The notes beneath the pieces are model-generated. The model worked only from the letters and a program-made list of their open reading frames with translations. It was not told the DNA's origin and made no database searches. The translations under genes were made by a program, and so were the position numbers. DNA of 63,373 nt, counting the filler, from Reticulomyxa filosa (Eukaryota; Protista; Foraminifera), in NCBI GenBank assembly GCA_000512085.1. It is 26 parts of 26 records of this genome, joined end to end, with 100 filler letters (N's around TTAATTAATTAA, not from the genome) between each part and the next. Parts side by side here need not be neighbours in the genome. Positions count along the whole stretch, not along the records: positions 13,682 to 15,198 come from ASPP01020898.1; positions 15,299 to 16,485 come from ASPP01005094.1; positions 16,586 to 19,348 come from ASPP01029137.1; positions 19,449 to 20,603 come from ASPP01025138.1; positions 20,704 to 22,295 come from ASPP01037430.1; positions 22,396 to 23,869 come from ASPP01024610.1; positions 23,970 to 25,037 come from ASPP01017713.1; positions 25,138 to 26,580 come from ASPP01050447.1; 18 more parts are not named here. One strand, given 5' to 3'. Positions 13,682 through 26,680 of the stretch are shown here, in pieces (the first letter of the stretch is position 1; each line of letters starts with the position of its first letter).

Positions 13682-13840
13682 TAACAATAACAATAACAAT
13701 AACAATAACAACAACAGCAAAATCCATAATATCGACGAGCCATCTGTCAATTTATCGGACACCACGATGACGACAGCGACAACAATGACGACGACGACGA
13801 CGACGACGACGACGGCAACGACAACAGCAACGGCAACGGC
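13682..13840 (+). repeat. Trinucleotide microsatellites (AAC/AAT, ACG/ACA) encoding poly-Asn and Thr/Ala tracts; a second ACG/GCA tract lies at ~14385-14432
   Basis: Directly visible repeats. Confidence 0.85.
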
Positions 13841-15133
13841 ATTGGGCTACAGTTCGTATAGCGACATCAGCGTGAACGACTCCCTGTCCAATATGCCACT
13901 GCAAGGCAAAGGCGGAGATGAAAGCGACGACGGACTCATGGACTCAGGTTTGGTGAAACAAAAGGAGACGAAAAAGCCTTTGATAGAGCTGCCAATGGTC
14001 GTGAAGCGCTGTTCGGATGTGCAGTTGCAATCGCGGCCGAGTCGTCGGAACGCAAGTCCAGCCAGTCCCGACACGTTGCTGGCCAACACATTGGCGATGA
14101 AGTACATCATTCTGGATTGCGAGATTTGGAGCCAAGTTGCATCCGACATTCAGCACGCGTTGTATGGATGGCTCAATGACTTTTGCATGAGCGGGCCCTC
14201 CATCTTTACCATGAGCAAGGCCTTCCGAGCCTTTCCATTGTGTCATGTCTTTGCGGGGTCCATGACCACCACCATCACCTCTGCCACTGCAGCGGCGACG
14301 ATGGCAACAGCAGCTATTGTGGGCACACCGCCGTCGACACCAATCGAATTGCCGAGCTCAGGAAGCATTTTGGACACTGTTGCAATAGCAACAGCAACAG
14401 CAACAGCAGCGACGACGACGACGACGACGACGATGCAACAGCAACTTTTGGCACGGAAATGGAATGCAATGCGCTTACGAGATTTGGAGGTCGTGGATGA
14501 TATGTTGTGCACGTTGACGCATCGCCAGGTGGACGAGACGGCCAAAAGACTGTGTATCTGTTAGTGGAACGTCTAATCTTGGAAAACTTTCGAGAAGACG
14601 AGTTCAATCTGATCGTTGCGTTCCTCACCAATAATGCCGTCGGCCTCAAAAATGAACACGCTCAAATGCAGAGACCCAAGTCCAGATCCAAAGCAAAGAA
14701 CGACAAGCGGACGCACTCGGGCGACGACCAGTCTGTCCTTTCCAATTTCTCGTGGCGAAGTCGGTCCAGCGATTGCAAGCGCTTCGCCACGCACGGAGAC
14801 ATCATCGTGGAGTTTATGAAGATCTTGTATTCGTATATCCAGGTCAACATGGCGCGCTGGGAGAGACATAAGAAACGATCGTATGAATCCAACGAAAAGA
14901 AAGAAAATCCCCAGCGCATCCTTCCTTCGCCTAAGTCGCCGTCGAAGATCAATGCGTCCATCTTGTATGATCCCGAATTCCAAAACAACTTCTTGCGAAT
15001 GTATGATAAGTTGGACATTTTATGGTTCGACCACTTTTTCTTTCCGGAAGTCGGAGCCCAAGTCAATCGAGCGTCCTTGTGTCTACTCGCCAGAATTTTG
15101 ACCACGTCCAAAAAATACACTCAAAAATTCCGC
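13682..15133 (+). CDS. Internal exon of a large protein, possibly BEACH/neurobeachin-LYST family; one frameshift near 14544-14547
   Basis: ORFs 13767-14564 and 14507-15139 join with one extra A. YIILDCEIWSQVASDIQHALYGWL resembles the alpha-solenoid of BEACH proteins. Donor gtatga near 15134. Confidence 0.5.
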
Positions 15134-15718
15134 GTATGATTTATATACATATATATATATATGTATATGTATGTGTACATGTATGTGTATATGTATATNN
15201 NNNNNNNNNNNNNNNNNNNNNNNNNNNNNNNNNNNNNNNNNNTTAATTAATTAANNNNNNNNNNNNNNNNNNNNNNNNNNNNNNNNNNNNNNNNNNNNTC
15301 AATTCAACTGATACAATCCAAAACAAACCACTTGATAATTCTCAAAAATTTGCTCTTTGTCAGAACGAGAAACATAGGCAAACTTTTATTCTCCTTTCAA
15401 AAGAAAAGTTGTGGAACGCTAGGTTTGGTTTGGCTAATCAAAAACTTGTTATATGATGTCCAATTTTTTTTAACTTTTTTTGAAAAGTAAATCCAGTGTG
15501 CATATAAGTATCCATCATTTTACAAGTGAAGTTTTATTCAGTAATAAAAGCGAGCATCAATAGTACTAATTCAATCACAGCGCAACATTTCTATTTCAGA
15601 AAGCGCTTGGTAACAAAAGCAAAATTAAGAGTATTTTTAACAAAGAAAAAATTAAAGGCCAGTGTCTGGAGAGGAAGGAAAAAAAGGGGAGCGAATCGTT
15701 AAATAAAGATAGCAAAAC

Positions 15719-16422
15719 ATGGAAGAACAAAAAGTTGAGACGATGCTACGTATATGGACCTGTAGTTGGAACATGGCAGCGCATTCACCTTTTCCAATGA
15801 AAACGACGGAAAACGGGACCAAACAAGTGGACACGAGCAAAGTGGACGAACTAGCGCACGTGGTGCCTTCGAATTATGATGTAAAAATCAGACTTTTAAA
15901 TAAACGCACTCATATCCAAATAAAAATATGTGCACTACATATATACACCTATATACATATATGTATATATACAAATATAGATATGGTGCTCATATACATT
16001 TATGTACACAAATAAGCAAAAGCAGAAAGGGGAGAAAAAATTGAGAAGAGTATTGTATTGTATTGGTATTGTGTTTTTAAATATTAGGTATATGTATTCG
16101 GAGTGCAAGAAGGTGTTGATGATGGATACTTTGACTTGTTATCAGTATATTTTAAAAACAAGAAGATCAGACGATGTGAGATTTCTGCGAAGCATGACCG
16201 TGTGGAAGGGCGTGGCGATGGGTCGTTTATAAATTCAAAATACACAGGAATTGCAGTGTATATTAACACAGAGAAAAAAGACATGATCCAACTCAAAAAA
16301 GCCGGGGCCGTGTCGGCAGGTATGATGGAAGGATCCAAAGGCGCCGCTGGAGTGGTATTGAGGATCAATGGAATCACCATTTGTTTCATTTCCGCACATA
16401 TGTCATGTAACGCGGCCCCAGT
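15719..16422 (+). CDS. Inositol polyphosphate 5-phosphatase (EEP fold), 5' part
   Basis: LRIWTCSWNMA, (D|VYVFG)VQEG across intron 15881-16087, and GSKGAAGVVLRINGITICFISAHM match the IPPc motifs (TWNV, GLQE, GNKGAV...FVCSHL). Confidence 0.9.
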
Positions 16423-16436
16423 TGCGTTTTCGAATC

Positions 16437-16467
<31 letters not shown>

Positions 16468-19400
16468 CTTCCCTTTTTTTTTTTTNNNNNNNNNNNNNNN
16501 NNNNNNNNNNNNNNNNNNNNNNNNNNNNNTTAATTAATTAANNNNNNNNNNNNNNNNNNNNNNNNNNNNNNNNNNNNNNNNNNNNTGTCCCTTTCATATG
16601 ATAGAAGATTGCATGTGGACGCGCTCTAACTTTGTTCACAACCACAAATTTGTGATCCGACTGCATCGCCGCATACAAGTTCAGTTTGGACAATTGCAAG
16701 AACATCTTTGATCATCACAAACAGTACATCGCCATATCTTACCATCATGGCTTTGGGCAAGTAGTTCATCCAATATATGTATATATGTATATTATATTCT
16801 TTTTTTTTCATTCAGTCATCAAATAAGATTATCTTGTTAATACAACGTATACATCATATACATCCATCCTACATTAACATTTCTCTTCTCTTCTTTTCAA
16901 AATAAAACAAAAACTTTTCAGTGTTTGTACCTTAATCCTATTGCAAATGATGACGATGGAATATTCATAGGATAAAGTTACTCCAATCCTATAATTGGCA
17001 CATCTACACGTTGGTTTGTCCAATGTGAATAATTTTATTTTTGGATACACCAAATTTGGAAAGTTTAAAAACTGATAAAATGTTTATATGAAAAGAAAAA
17101 AGTGAAACTGACTCGTGATTTTGTTGTTAAGCAAGACACAGATGCCCATTTCAAGAATAATTCTCCATTGTGGTTGTTGTTTGACAATTATTTCTCTTAT
17201 AACAATGGTGGCAAAATAGTAGTTAACACCGATGTTAAATTCATCCAATGTAATGCTGAACCTGTCGTCTTCCCCCAATGTATTTGATCAAATTTTTGTT
17301 TTAAGCTGTAAAAAATCGGTATGCGATTCAACGTATACATTTGTTTAAAAAAAAAAACAGCACTGTCGCTGTAGCGTTTCTGCCACTGGTCGCAATTGTG
17401 GTGACATATCTTTTTTTTCGTTGAGTCTGCTTTGGAAAATCTTAACTTTAAAAGTAATTGCAAACTTTATCGACGATCGTTAAATTTACTTCTTTTCACT
17501 GTTAAGAATTCTATGGGAGATTCCTTTTTTTTGCATTGTATTTTTTTGATAAAGATCAAATCTTTAAAAAAAAATGTGTGTTTTTGACAGGTTATTGTAT
17601 ACGTTGTTTCTCCACTTAGTGACTACTTTGTTATCATCTATGTAAAAAAAAAAATAAATTATGTTTGTTAATTCGATTCCACAGGAATGTTCAAATATCT
17701 TTGTTGCAATAGTGACAAATCCCTTTTTTTTGTAGGTGCTGCTGAAGACTTACATGTTTGCATGTGAAAGCTCTTTCATTGAAAAATACGGCTTGGATGT
17801 ATATTTAAAAGAATCAATGCCACCATTTCACAACCCTTGTCCCTAAGTCTGTTAAAGATGAAACTACGCCGTAAATTTGCTATTCCCACTCACTCTCTTT
17901 TTTTTCCGTCAAATTTTAATTTAAGAGAAATGAAATTGCTGTGTTTACAAGAGAAGGAATCTTGGGTGCAACAACATTTGCCAAAATTAATAATTTTTTT
18001 GTTGTCATTGTTGAGAAATTATCACCATTTCTTTGCAATATTTGAAAGGTATTATGTTTTCGGTGCTGTTTTATCAATTTTGTTCCTGTTGTCTTATAGA
18101 AAGCTTTTTTAATGGAAAAAAAAAGTCAGAACAGACTAGGAAACGGGGATTTGACAAAAATATATTTAAGCTTTTTGAAATTTTATTTGAAAATTGAATA
18201 CATTCAGATTTTTCAATATTTTTTAACAATTTATGAATGATCAACTAGTTTTGCAGTTACGAAATATTGATTGTTTTAGCCATAGGAAAAGTTGTTCGTG
18301 ATTGATTGGTGTACAATTGACCATAGAAGATAGCCTTAGCAAAAACTCAAATATTTAAATTCAGAAATTTTGTGCGAGAAATTTAATTGAATGAGAAAGA
18401 TGTTATGTGCTGGAGACTTAGGAATGTCAATATTATCATTCCAAAAATACAAACAAACTACAATTCCAAAAAAGCAGAAATTTTTTGAGCAAAAATTTGA
18501 GGCAGCAATCGAACATGCCATCACTTGGCATTGTCTGAACTTTGCTGGAATCGCAATTCCACAGCCACTTTCCAATTGCTCGACAGACGATATTGGCCCT
18601 ATGTCATATACGTGTGTATGTTCATCATACATGTTTCAAATGTTTTCCAATCACATTATAAAAAAAATATTATAACTTGGAAACATAGGTTGCGCAGCTC
18701 ACCACTTTCAATTAATCATGAGAACGATATGGACCTTCACATCCCCCCCCCCCAAATTATACGTTATGCAAAACATTAATACTATGATCCATAATCGACG
18801 CACATCATTGCTGTTCTATTACCATTATTGCTGGAGATGCACTTTAGCACCAATGACAATATTGACAGCAACGACTTGTAATCTCCATTTGCACACCTTT
18901 GAATATCTATTCAAAAAATTTCAAGCAACACATTCCACACATATGAATAAATAATACATATACGTATAAAGATGTTAAATATTAAATATGTACACATAAA
19001 AAAAAACTTTTTCAAGAAATGGACCCAAGCACAAATTATAGCATCGATAACGGGAAAGAGAGCAGTCGCACAAATGACCAACCAAATATCTTGAGTACTT
19101 GTGTTGGAACGCGCATTGCTTCCAATGATAATGCTCCACCAAGTATCACAATATTTTGGACAATTGAACTGACTTGGAGGGGAAGCTTGTATCATTGAGA
19201 GGCTCTTTCTCTAGAGCTACCATTTTTTTTGAGTGACTGTCTTGTCGATGGCAGACCCTTCCACTTTTCGAATTTGAGTGCTTTGATTTTTGGAAACGGA
19301 AAAGTTTGTTCATATCCACAGCAGCGAATTTTTTGAGAGGGTTGATAGNNNNNNNNNNNNNNNNNNNNNNNNNNNNNNNNNNNNNNNNNNNNTTAATTAA

Positions 19401-20044
19401 TTAANNNNNNNNNNNNNNNNNNNNNNNNNNNNNNNNNNNNNNNNNNNNCACAGATAATTAAAAATTATAATTGTTTTTTGGAATGAATCATCATTGTAGA
19501 ATATCTTATATTTAAAAAAAGTTTTCAAATCAAACTAATTAAAACATTAATTATTGTCACACAACTCTTAAAATTTCAAAAAACCTGAAAGAAATGTTTA
19601 TGACAATGAGATAAGATCATTTTATTTTTAGTCTGCTATGGATTAGAATTTTTTGTTTGTACTTGATTCACGTTCAAATACGAGTCATATTTTCGCATTC
19701 ATCATATCTTTGTTGAAAAATTGTTCATTCCAATCCATTATCAACACCAATATCCAGCGCATCTCTGTGACTTTGCATCACTGACTATTTTTGTCTTTTA
19801 TTTTTTACTTTTGTATTTCAACATTTTCCTAAAATGAGAAAAATATTGCAAATTTCTTCATTTTGTAAACGCTTATTTTTGTTCAAATCCATAATCTTGA
19901 AAAAATATAGCAAAGGAAAGGATAATTTGATGAGTTCAGTATTGATATCCACATTTGTATTGTTGATTATTTTTGGAAGCGTATAAATATGAAATGGAAG
20001 AAGGGATAGTGTATTGATTAAATCCACAAAATAAATATTTCAAT

Positions 20045-20603
20045 TCCATAAACACTCATGAATATCCTTCAAATTGTACAAAATCACAATTTTTCCCATT
20101 TCCATACAGTCAATGATCTTGTGTAAATGATCATAATTGATCATTGTAGTTGTGTCAGCTGCAAATTTGCTTTCAAATAAATAGACATCAATCTTTGTTG
20201 AAATTCATTGTGATTGAGTTCAGTTAAGTTATTTTTGAGAATTTGAATTGATAATATTTTTGATGTTCCAGGATATTCAACAATAATTACTTTTTTACTG
20301 TATTCATAATTTTTTTTTTTGAATAAATAAATCAACAGAAACAACAAAAATACAAAACTGGGTGTAGTTGTCATTATACATACAAACAACATAAATAGTA
20401 TCTCTTTCAATGCTTGAGTTTTTGCAACATCTTTGTTTATTGTTAAAGAAAGTCAAATTTAAAAAAAACGAACCACAAATGATTTGCAAAGTTTCTCTAT
20501 TCCCTCTGTTAATATCTTCAAAAAATGGAATACGTTTTGTTATTATCAAATCTGTATATTCTTCTCTATCTTGTTTGTGAAGTCGAAAATAATAACATAT
20601 TCC
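20045..20603 (-). pseudogene. RNF213 (mysterin)-like AAA+ ATPase fragment, internally deleted and degenerate
   Basis: GICYYFRL; VAKTQALKEILFMLFVCIMTTTP|VIIVEYPGTSKILSIQIL (RNF213 pattern ALKENVFMMVVCI..IPLFLVGKPGSSKSLA); and HLHKIIDCMEMGKIVILYNLKDIHECL (RNF213 pattern IKICMETGK.VVLLNL.NLYESL). Frameshifts lie between these blocks. Confidence 0.7.
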
Positions 20604-23600
20604 NNNNNNNNNNNNNNNNNNNNNNNNNNNNNNNNNNNNNNNNNNNNTTAATTAATTAANNNNNNNNNNNNNNNNNNNNNNNNNNNNNNNNNNNNNNNNN
20701 NNNAAAAAAGAAATTTTTAACTATTCATTACTTTTTTTGTCGTTTAGTCAGAATAAGATTTGACACAGCAAAAAAAAAAGACAAGTCTTAGCTGTGCAAA
20801 TAATATTTTCATTTAAAGAAAGCAGAATTTATATTTATGATAGTTCCATTGGATTTTTCGAAATTAAGATGATTTTAGTATTTAAAAACAAATATTTTAA
20901 TAGCATTGCGTTTTGAAAGAGGGGATAGGAACGCCAACAAGCTAAAACAAAATAAAAAAACTTGCTGCATGTGTTTCTATTGCAAATGTTGAAAAAATCT
21001 CATCCCTCGTCAAGTATAGCAAATGAAAAGGAAGACAAACAAACTCAAGAGTGTTAATGTGAAAAAGGTCAGCAGCCGAAGCTACAAACAAGTGAAGAGA
21101 AAACAGTACTATTTTGAAATGTGGGGACTATCCTCTGAGCAATGGCCTTTTCTACGTTGGTGGATTAATCTCTTATTCTAATCCTTGCAAGAGATTTGCG
21201 GTTGTTGGGAATAAAGAAAAGACAATAAAAATGATAGTCAATCAGACATTGGATTTAACACTTTTTATATTAGCGATCATGGGACAATTGCTAGAACAAG
21301 CAGTATAATTTTTTTACAAAAAAACATATCCAAAATATTTGCACAAACAAAAACAAAGTTACATCCTATTTGAACTCATTGATTTTTTGAAAAATTATTA
21401 AACTCAAAAATTCCTTGAAAAAAGTTTTACTCAGATTCTCTTTGCCTTTTTTCATGCACCTCCGTCTCTTTACTTCCTTATGCTGAAATGCACGCGCCTT
21501 TTTCAAAACTCACACTTTTAGGTTACAAAAGGCTCTCAGAAAATTACTTTTGTTTTCTTTTCTTAGTTTGTTGGTTCATTGGGTTCTGTGATTATCTTTT
21601 CTTTGTCTATGTATTGCCCGATTACGATAACATAAAGTAATATTTGCTGATTCTTGGTTGTTTGACCGATGATTTTGACTTTCACACTGTTCATTTTCCC
21701 CTTTTCCTAGTTTTTTCGTCTTTCTCTCCGATTGCAGGAGCTTGGACATGATAGTTAATCAAATAAATTAATTCGAAATCTTAACAAAAATTTTCATCAT
21801 ATTGTTTATTAACACTCAAATTCAAAAACGAATGAAATATTTCATTCATCAATAAAATAATTAATTAAAACTCTAACTACAATAATTTGAATAAATTAAC
21901 ACCACAAAAAAAAAGATTTGGTGTTTCATTAAAAAAAATATTCAATTTCAAGAAACAGGAGATAACAAAAGAATCACTTGAGAGTGAAACACATGGGTAT
22001 CAAAATAAAATCTAACTCATTCCTGATTTATTTCTGTAACACTATGAATAAGTTTGAGAGGATGAATTTTCAATTGAGGATGATTATGAACTTGTGTTGT
22101 TGCATTTGATACATTTAATGTATTTCCACCTTTTACTTTATTCGCACTTTCATTATTATTCTTTTCTTCATTAATGACATTATTATAATTAGTTTTATTA
22201 AAAACAAAACTTTTACATTCTTGATTACGAAACCATTCATAAACAATACTATCTAAACGAATTCGATATCCAACATTGTGACTTCTCAAATAACANNNNN
22301 NNNNNNNNNNNNNNNNNNNNNNNNNNNNNNNNNNNNNNNTTAATTAATTAANNNNNNNNNNNNNNNNNNNNNNNNNNNNNNNNNNNNNNNNNNNNAATTA
22401 ATTGATATCGAAACTGCTAGTAATTCAGAGTGTAAACACAAATAATGTTACTTAAATCATAATTCAGAATTATTACAAGATTGAAGCATTTTTCGAATAA
22501 ATATTATTATTAATTTATTGCAAATAAATATCAAATGTCTTACACTTAAACCAAGAATTTTCTCACAACTAGTAGCAAATACATTGTACAAGACATCAGT
22601 ATTAAAAGCATAAACACTGTCACTTGTTTTTTTCAACAGAGTTGACAAAAAAGATGGAAAAAAAAATGGAACCAATCACATTTTGAGCACCTTTCCAGTT
22701 GTCTAATTTTATCGTTGTATTTTTTTACGAACATTTTTGACGGGTGCACTTTTTTTGATTCAATTGGACCACAAAGCTTTGTGAATATGTGAACAAGATC
22801 GAAGAGAAGATTTAAAAAATAGAAGAAACGAACTTTGTGAGACATGAGAAATTTTTAAGACTGTCGTAAGGAAAGTAATCAAAAGGACTTAATTAACTGG
22901 TGATCTCCTTAGACAAATTTTGTGGCAATATTTATTGTTTCTCATCAAACTAATAATAAACCTTCATTTTTTAATGACAAAAAAATATCATTTCAGATAT
23001 GAGTAAATTGTGATATCATTGAATGAGTATATTGCAATTATTACTTTTTTCTTGTGTTCATTTACGAGTGTAAGCAGACAAAAAAAATTAAACTGCTATT
23101 TCAATTTTAAAATATTTTCAATTGATTTGACAAAATAACTAAATAATTATAAGTTGAAAAATTATAATGATTTGAAGAGTTCGTTAAAAAGGGTCTAGTT
23201 CCAGATTTTTTATTTTTGAATGTTACATCATTTGTTTAAATCCTTGTTTTCAAAGTTTTCAAGGAGAAAATTTTTATTCCAGGATTGTCGAAGAAATTTC
23301 ATGTATGAAAGTAGTTGAGATAATCAAAAGAGACTATCATTACATTTTTATATTTTTTTAATTAAAAAATGTTTTCAATATAAATATGTTCAAAATTAAT
23401 TGAAAATGTATTTTGTATTTGTCCAACTAAAATAAAAATGACAATTAGTTCTACATTTGAAAATCATTGATTGGCCTATTCGATTAAAAAAAAAAAGGCA
23501 ATGACATTTGACATTATCATTAATGTAATTCTAAAGATACTTTCATTTTGAAATGATCAACTCTTTTTACAGCTGTTTCACTTATTAACACGGGAAGATA

Positions 23601-23969
23601 ACTTCATGGAGCAACAAAGAGAACATTATGGGAAAAAAATACAAAAGAGGAGAAAATTGGACATTGAAATACATTTGAGGAATTTTTATGTCATTCAAAC
23701 TCGAAGATAAAAAAATTGCAATATTCTTTTTTCACGAATAACATATTCCTCAAAGTTTTTCATTTAAAAATAATTACAACGTTGGGGAGAAACAAACTTG
23801 TAGAAATTGATCGCATAAAGTCATATGTTTATACTTTATTTCAACACTTATTAAATCAGATCATTTTACNNNNNNNNNNNNNNNNNNNNNNNNNNNNNNN
23901 NNNNNNNNNNNNNTTAATTAATTAANNNNNNNNNNNNNNNNNNNNNNNNNNNNNNNNNNNNNNNNNNNN

Positions 23970-23995
23970 TTTTCGGGTTTCGTCTCGTCGCTCAT
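23970..23995 (-). CDS. Start of a bacterial gene downstream of dapD (MSDETKPE..., truncated by the contig end)
   Basis: ATG at 23995 preceded by an AAAGG RBS-like sequence; too short to name. Confidence 0.45.
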
Positions 23996-24027
23996 GGCCG
24001 GGCCTTTCCGCCGGGGGGCGCGCGACC

Positions 24028-24855
24028 TCAGTCGCGCAGAAGCTCGTTGATCGAGGTCTTGGAGCGGGTCTGGGCATCGACGCGCTTGACGATGACCGCG
24101 CAATAGAGGTTCACGCCGCCCTTCGAGGGCATCGAGCCCGCGACGACGACCGATCCCGCCGGAACCTCGCCATACATGACCTCGCCGGTTTCACGGTCGA
24201 CGATCTTGGTGGACTGGCCAATGAAGACACCCATGCCAAGGACCGAGCCTTCGCGCACGATGCAGCCTTCGACGACTTCGGAGCGGGCGCCGATGAAGCA
24301 GTTGTCCTCGATGATGGTGGGGCCTGCCTGCATGGGTTCCAGCACGCCCCCGATGCCCACGCCGCCCGAGAGATGGACGTTCTTGCCGATCTGGGCGCAG
24401 GAGCCGACAGTGGCCCAGCCATCGACCATGCTGCCCTCATCGACATAGGCGCCGAGGTTGACGAAGGAGGGCATGAGCACCACGCCCTTGGCGATATAGG
24501 CCGAGCGGCGCACGATCGAACCCGGCACGGCGCGGAAGCCCGCCGCGCGCCAGTCCGCCTCGGACCAGCCGTCGAACTTGGAGGGAACCTTGTCCCACCA
24601 GGTGGCGGCGCCGTTGCCGCCCGGGATCACGGCCATGTCGTTCAGGCGAAAGGACAGCAGCACCGCCTTTTTCGCCCATTGGTTCACATGCCAGCGGCCA
24701 TCGGCCTGCCGCTCGGCCACGCGCAGCCGGCCCTTGTCCAGCGCCTCGAGCGTGGCCTCGATGGCGTCGCGCACCTCGCCCCGGGTGGTGGGGGTGATGG
24801 TATCGCGCGCCTCCCAGGCGGCTTCGATGGCGGTCTCGAGCGCGGCGTTGGACAT
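24028..24855 (-). CDS. dapD: 2,3,4,5-tetrahydropyridine-2,6-dicarboxylate N-succinyltransferase (bacterial, Rhodobacteraceae-like)
   Basis: [70 protein letters not shown] and the C-terminal [10 protein letters not shown]; GGAGAG RBS; high GC; no introns. Confidence 0.98.
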   Translation of the reverse strand: MSNAALETAIEAAWEARDTITPTTRGEVRDAIEATLEALDKGRLRVAERQADGRWHVNQWAKKAVLLSFRLNDMAVIPGGNGAATWWDKVPSKFDGWSEADWRAAGFRAVPGSIVRRSAYIAKGVVLMPSFVNLGAYVDEGSMVDGWATVGSCAQIGKNVHLSGGVGIGGVLEPMQAGPTIIEDNCFIGARSEVVEGCIVREGSVLGMGVFIGQSTKIVDRETGEVMYGEVPAGSVVVAGSMPSKGGVNLYCAVIVKRVDAQTRSKTSINELLRD

Positions 24856-24967
24856 GGTGCTCTCCGGTTTTGGTTGGCCTCGGGTCGGGCAAGCCTATAG
24901 ACCGGAGAGGGGCCCGCGCGCAATCGACCGTGACGGCGGCGGGTACGGGCAAGTCCGGGAGAGACGC

Positions 24968-25037
24968 ATGGAAGACGAAGGCCGCACGCATCCTTTCCGC
25001 AACAGCGTGGCCGACCGCCAGACGGCAGAAGCGGTGC
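24968..25037 (+). CDS. N-terminus of a divergently transcribed bacterial gene, probably LOG-family (TIGR00730-like)
   Basis: GGGAGAG RBS then MEDEGRTHPFRNSVADRQTAEAV, resembling my recollection of the N-terminus of the LOG protein next to dapD in Rhodobacteraceae; truncated. Confidence 0.55.
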
Positions 25038-25137
25038 NNNNNNNNNNNNNNNNNNNNNNNNNNNNNNNNNNNNNNNNNNNNTTAATTAATTAANNNNNNN
25101 NNNNNNNNNNNNNNNNNNNNNNNNNNNNNNNNNNNNN

Positions 25138-26580
25138 TCATTTCTTGGATCCATTTTGACAAAGACAAAGATTATGCTTATTACCTTCATAGTCGAGTCC
25201 TTGACAGGCCATTGAATAAAGTGATGAAATCGCATTTACCCAATTTTCAATATGTTTTGCGTCATCCAGATATCCACTTATGTATCATCGATCAAATTAA
25301 GATAATTCAAACACAATTCAATACACTTGATGATGAGGGATTAATAAAAGATCGATTGAATTTAATACAGTATTTATGTATTTCAAAAAAAACTTCAGAT
25401 ATTGTTGTCCAATGTTACAAACAAGTTTTTAAGACACATCCTGAGATGTGTGCAGACTTACTTTGTGTGATATCAGTAAAATTGGATGAACAGCAATTAG
25501 ATGATGTCATTGAATTGTTCATGGATGGACTTGATAATAAAAATCATATAACATATGCAAAATTAATTCTAAAAATAGTACTCAACTTAAATAAGGGACA
25601 ATTGAATAAAGTGTTTAAATGTTTGGTGAATGCCTTTGAGAGTGGAAAAACTACAATTTGTAATAATTGTGCACACGCACTTGCAACGATTTCATCACAA
25701 TTGAGAGGAAAACAGTTGGATAATGCATTCCAATGTTTGATCCATAGATTTCCTTCATATTTTTATGTTTTGTATTATGATACGACTCAATTTATAATGA
25801 AATTGAAAGAAGAACAATTAGGTGATGTCTTCCAATGTTTGATTAATCGATTATCTGATGAAAAGGAAGATGAACGTAATCGTGCAAAATGCGCAGAATT
25901 ACTTGGAAAACTCTCAATGAAATGGAATGAAAAACAATTGAATGATGCTTTCAATCCTTTAAAAGATATGCTCAATAAAAATGGTGATTGGAAGTATATA
26001 GAAGCACTTGGGGCAATTACAGTGAAACTGTCTGGGAAACAATTCGATAATGCTTTCAATTACTTCATTAGTAGATTCAATTGTGAAGGGATACATAAAC
26101 TTGATAAATATGCTGATCTACTTAAAAGAATTGCACAGAGATTGGATGAAAAACAAATGAACATTGCATTGAATTATTGTATGGATAAGTTGAATGATAA
26201 AAATGAACATCAAAATATTCGTATTAAATGCATTCGAATACTTGAAAGAATTTTAAATAAATGTAATGAGCAGCAATTGGATGAAGCTTTTAACTCTTCA
26301 ATGGATATATTCACTGATAAAAATGATAATGCAGATTTGCGTAAGGAATGTGCAAAATTACTTAAAACAATTGCAGTTGATCTAAATGGAAAACATTTCG
26401 ATGATGCTTTTCAATGTTTCACAAATGGATTAAAAGATAGTGATTTGATTGTTCGATACTCATGTGTAAAATCACTTGTAATAATTTCAAAGAAATGGAA
26501 TGAAAAACAATTGGATATTACTTTTCAATGTTTGACTGATGGATTTCAAAATATAAATGGATATTATGGTTACACATCTA
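25138..26580 (+). CDS. HEAT/ARM-like alpha-solenoid repeat protein, internal fragment
   Basis: The frame is open across the whole contig; ~40-aa repeats of the form LgkIs.KlnEkQLddaFqcLi..L.D....R..Ca. Confidence 0.85.
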
Positions 26581-26680
26581 NNNNNNNNNNNNNNNNNNNN
26601 NNNNNNNNNNNNNNNNNNNNNNNNTTAATTAATTAANNNNNNNNNNNNNNNNNNNNNNNNNNNNNNNNNNNNNNNNNNNN

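Noticed and set aside
16586-19348. Short ORFs suggesting degenerate genes
   Set aside because: Coding-like patches exist but no family can be supported.
24028-24855. dapD as horizontal transfer into the host
   Set aside because: No host flanks, no introns and no compositional amelioration.
24111-25093. Several long alternative ORFs overlapping dapD
   Set aside because: Shadow ORFs expected in GC-rich DNA; dapD explains the region.
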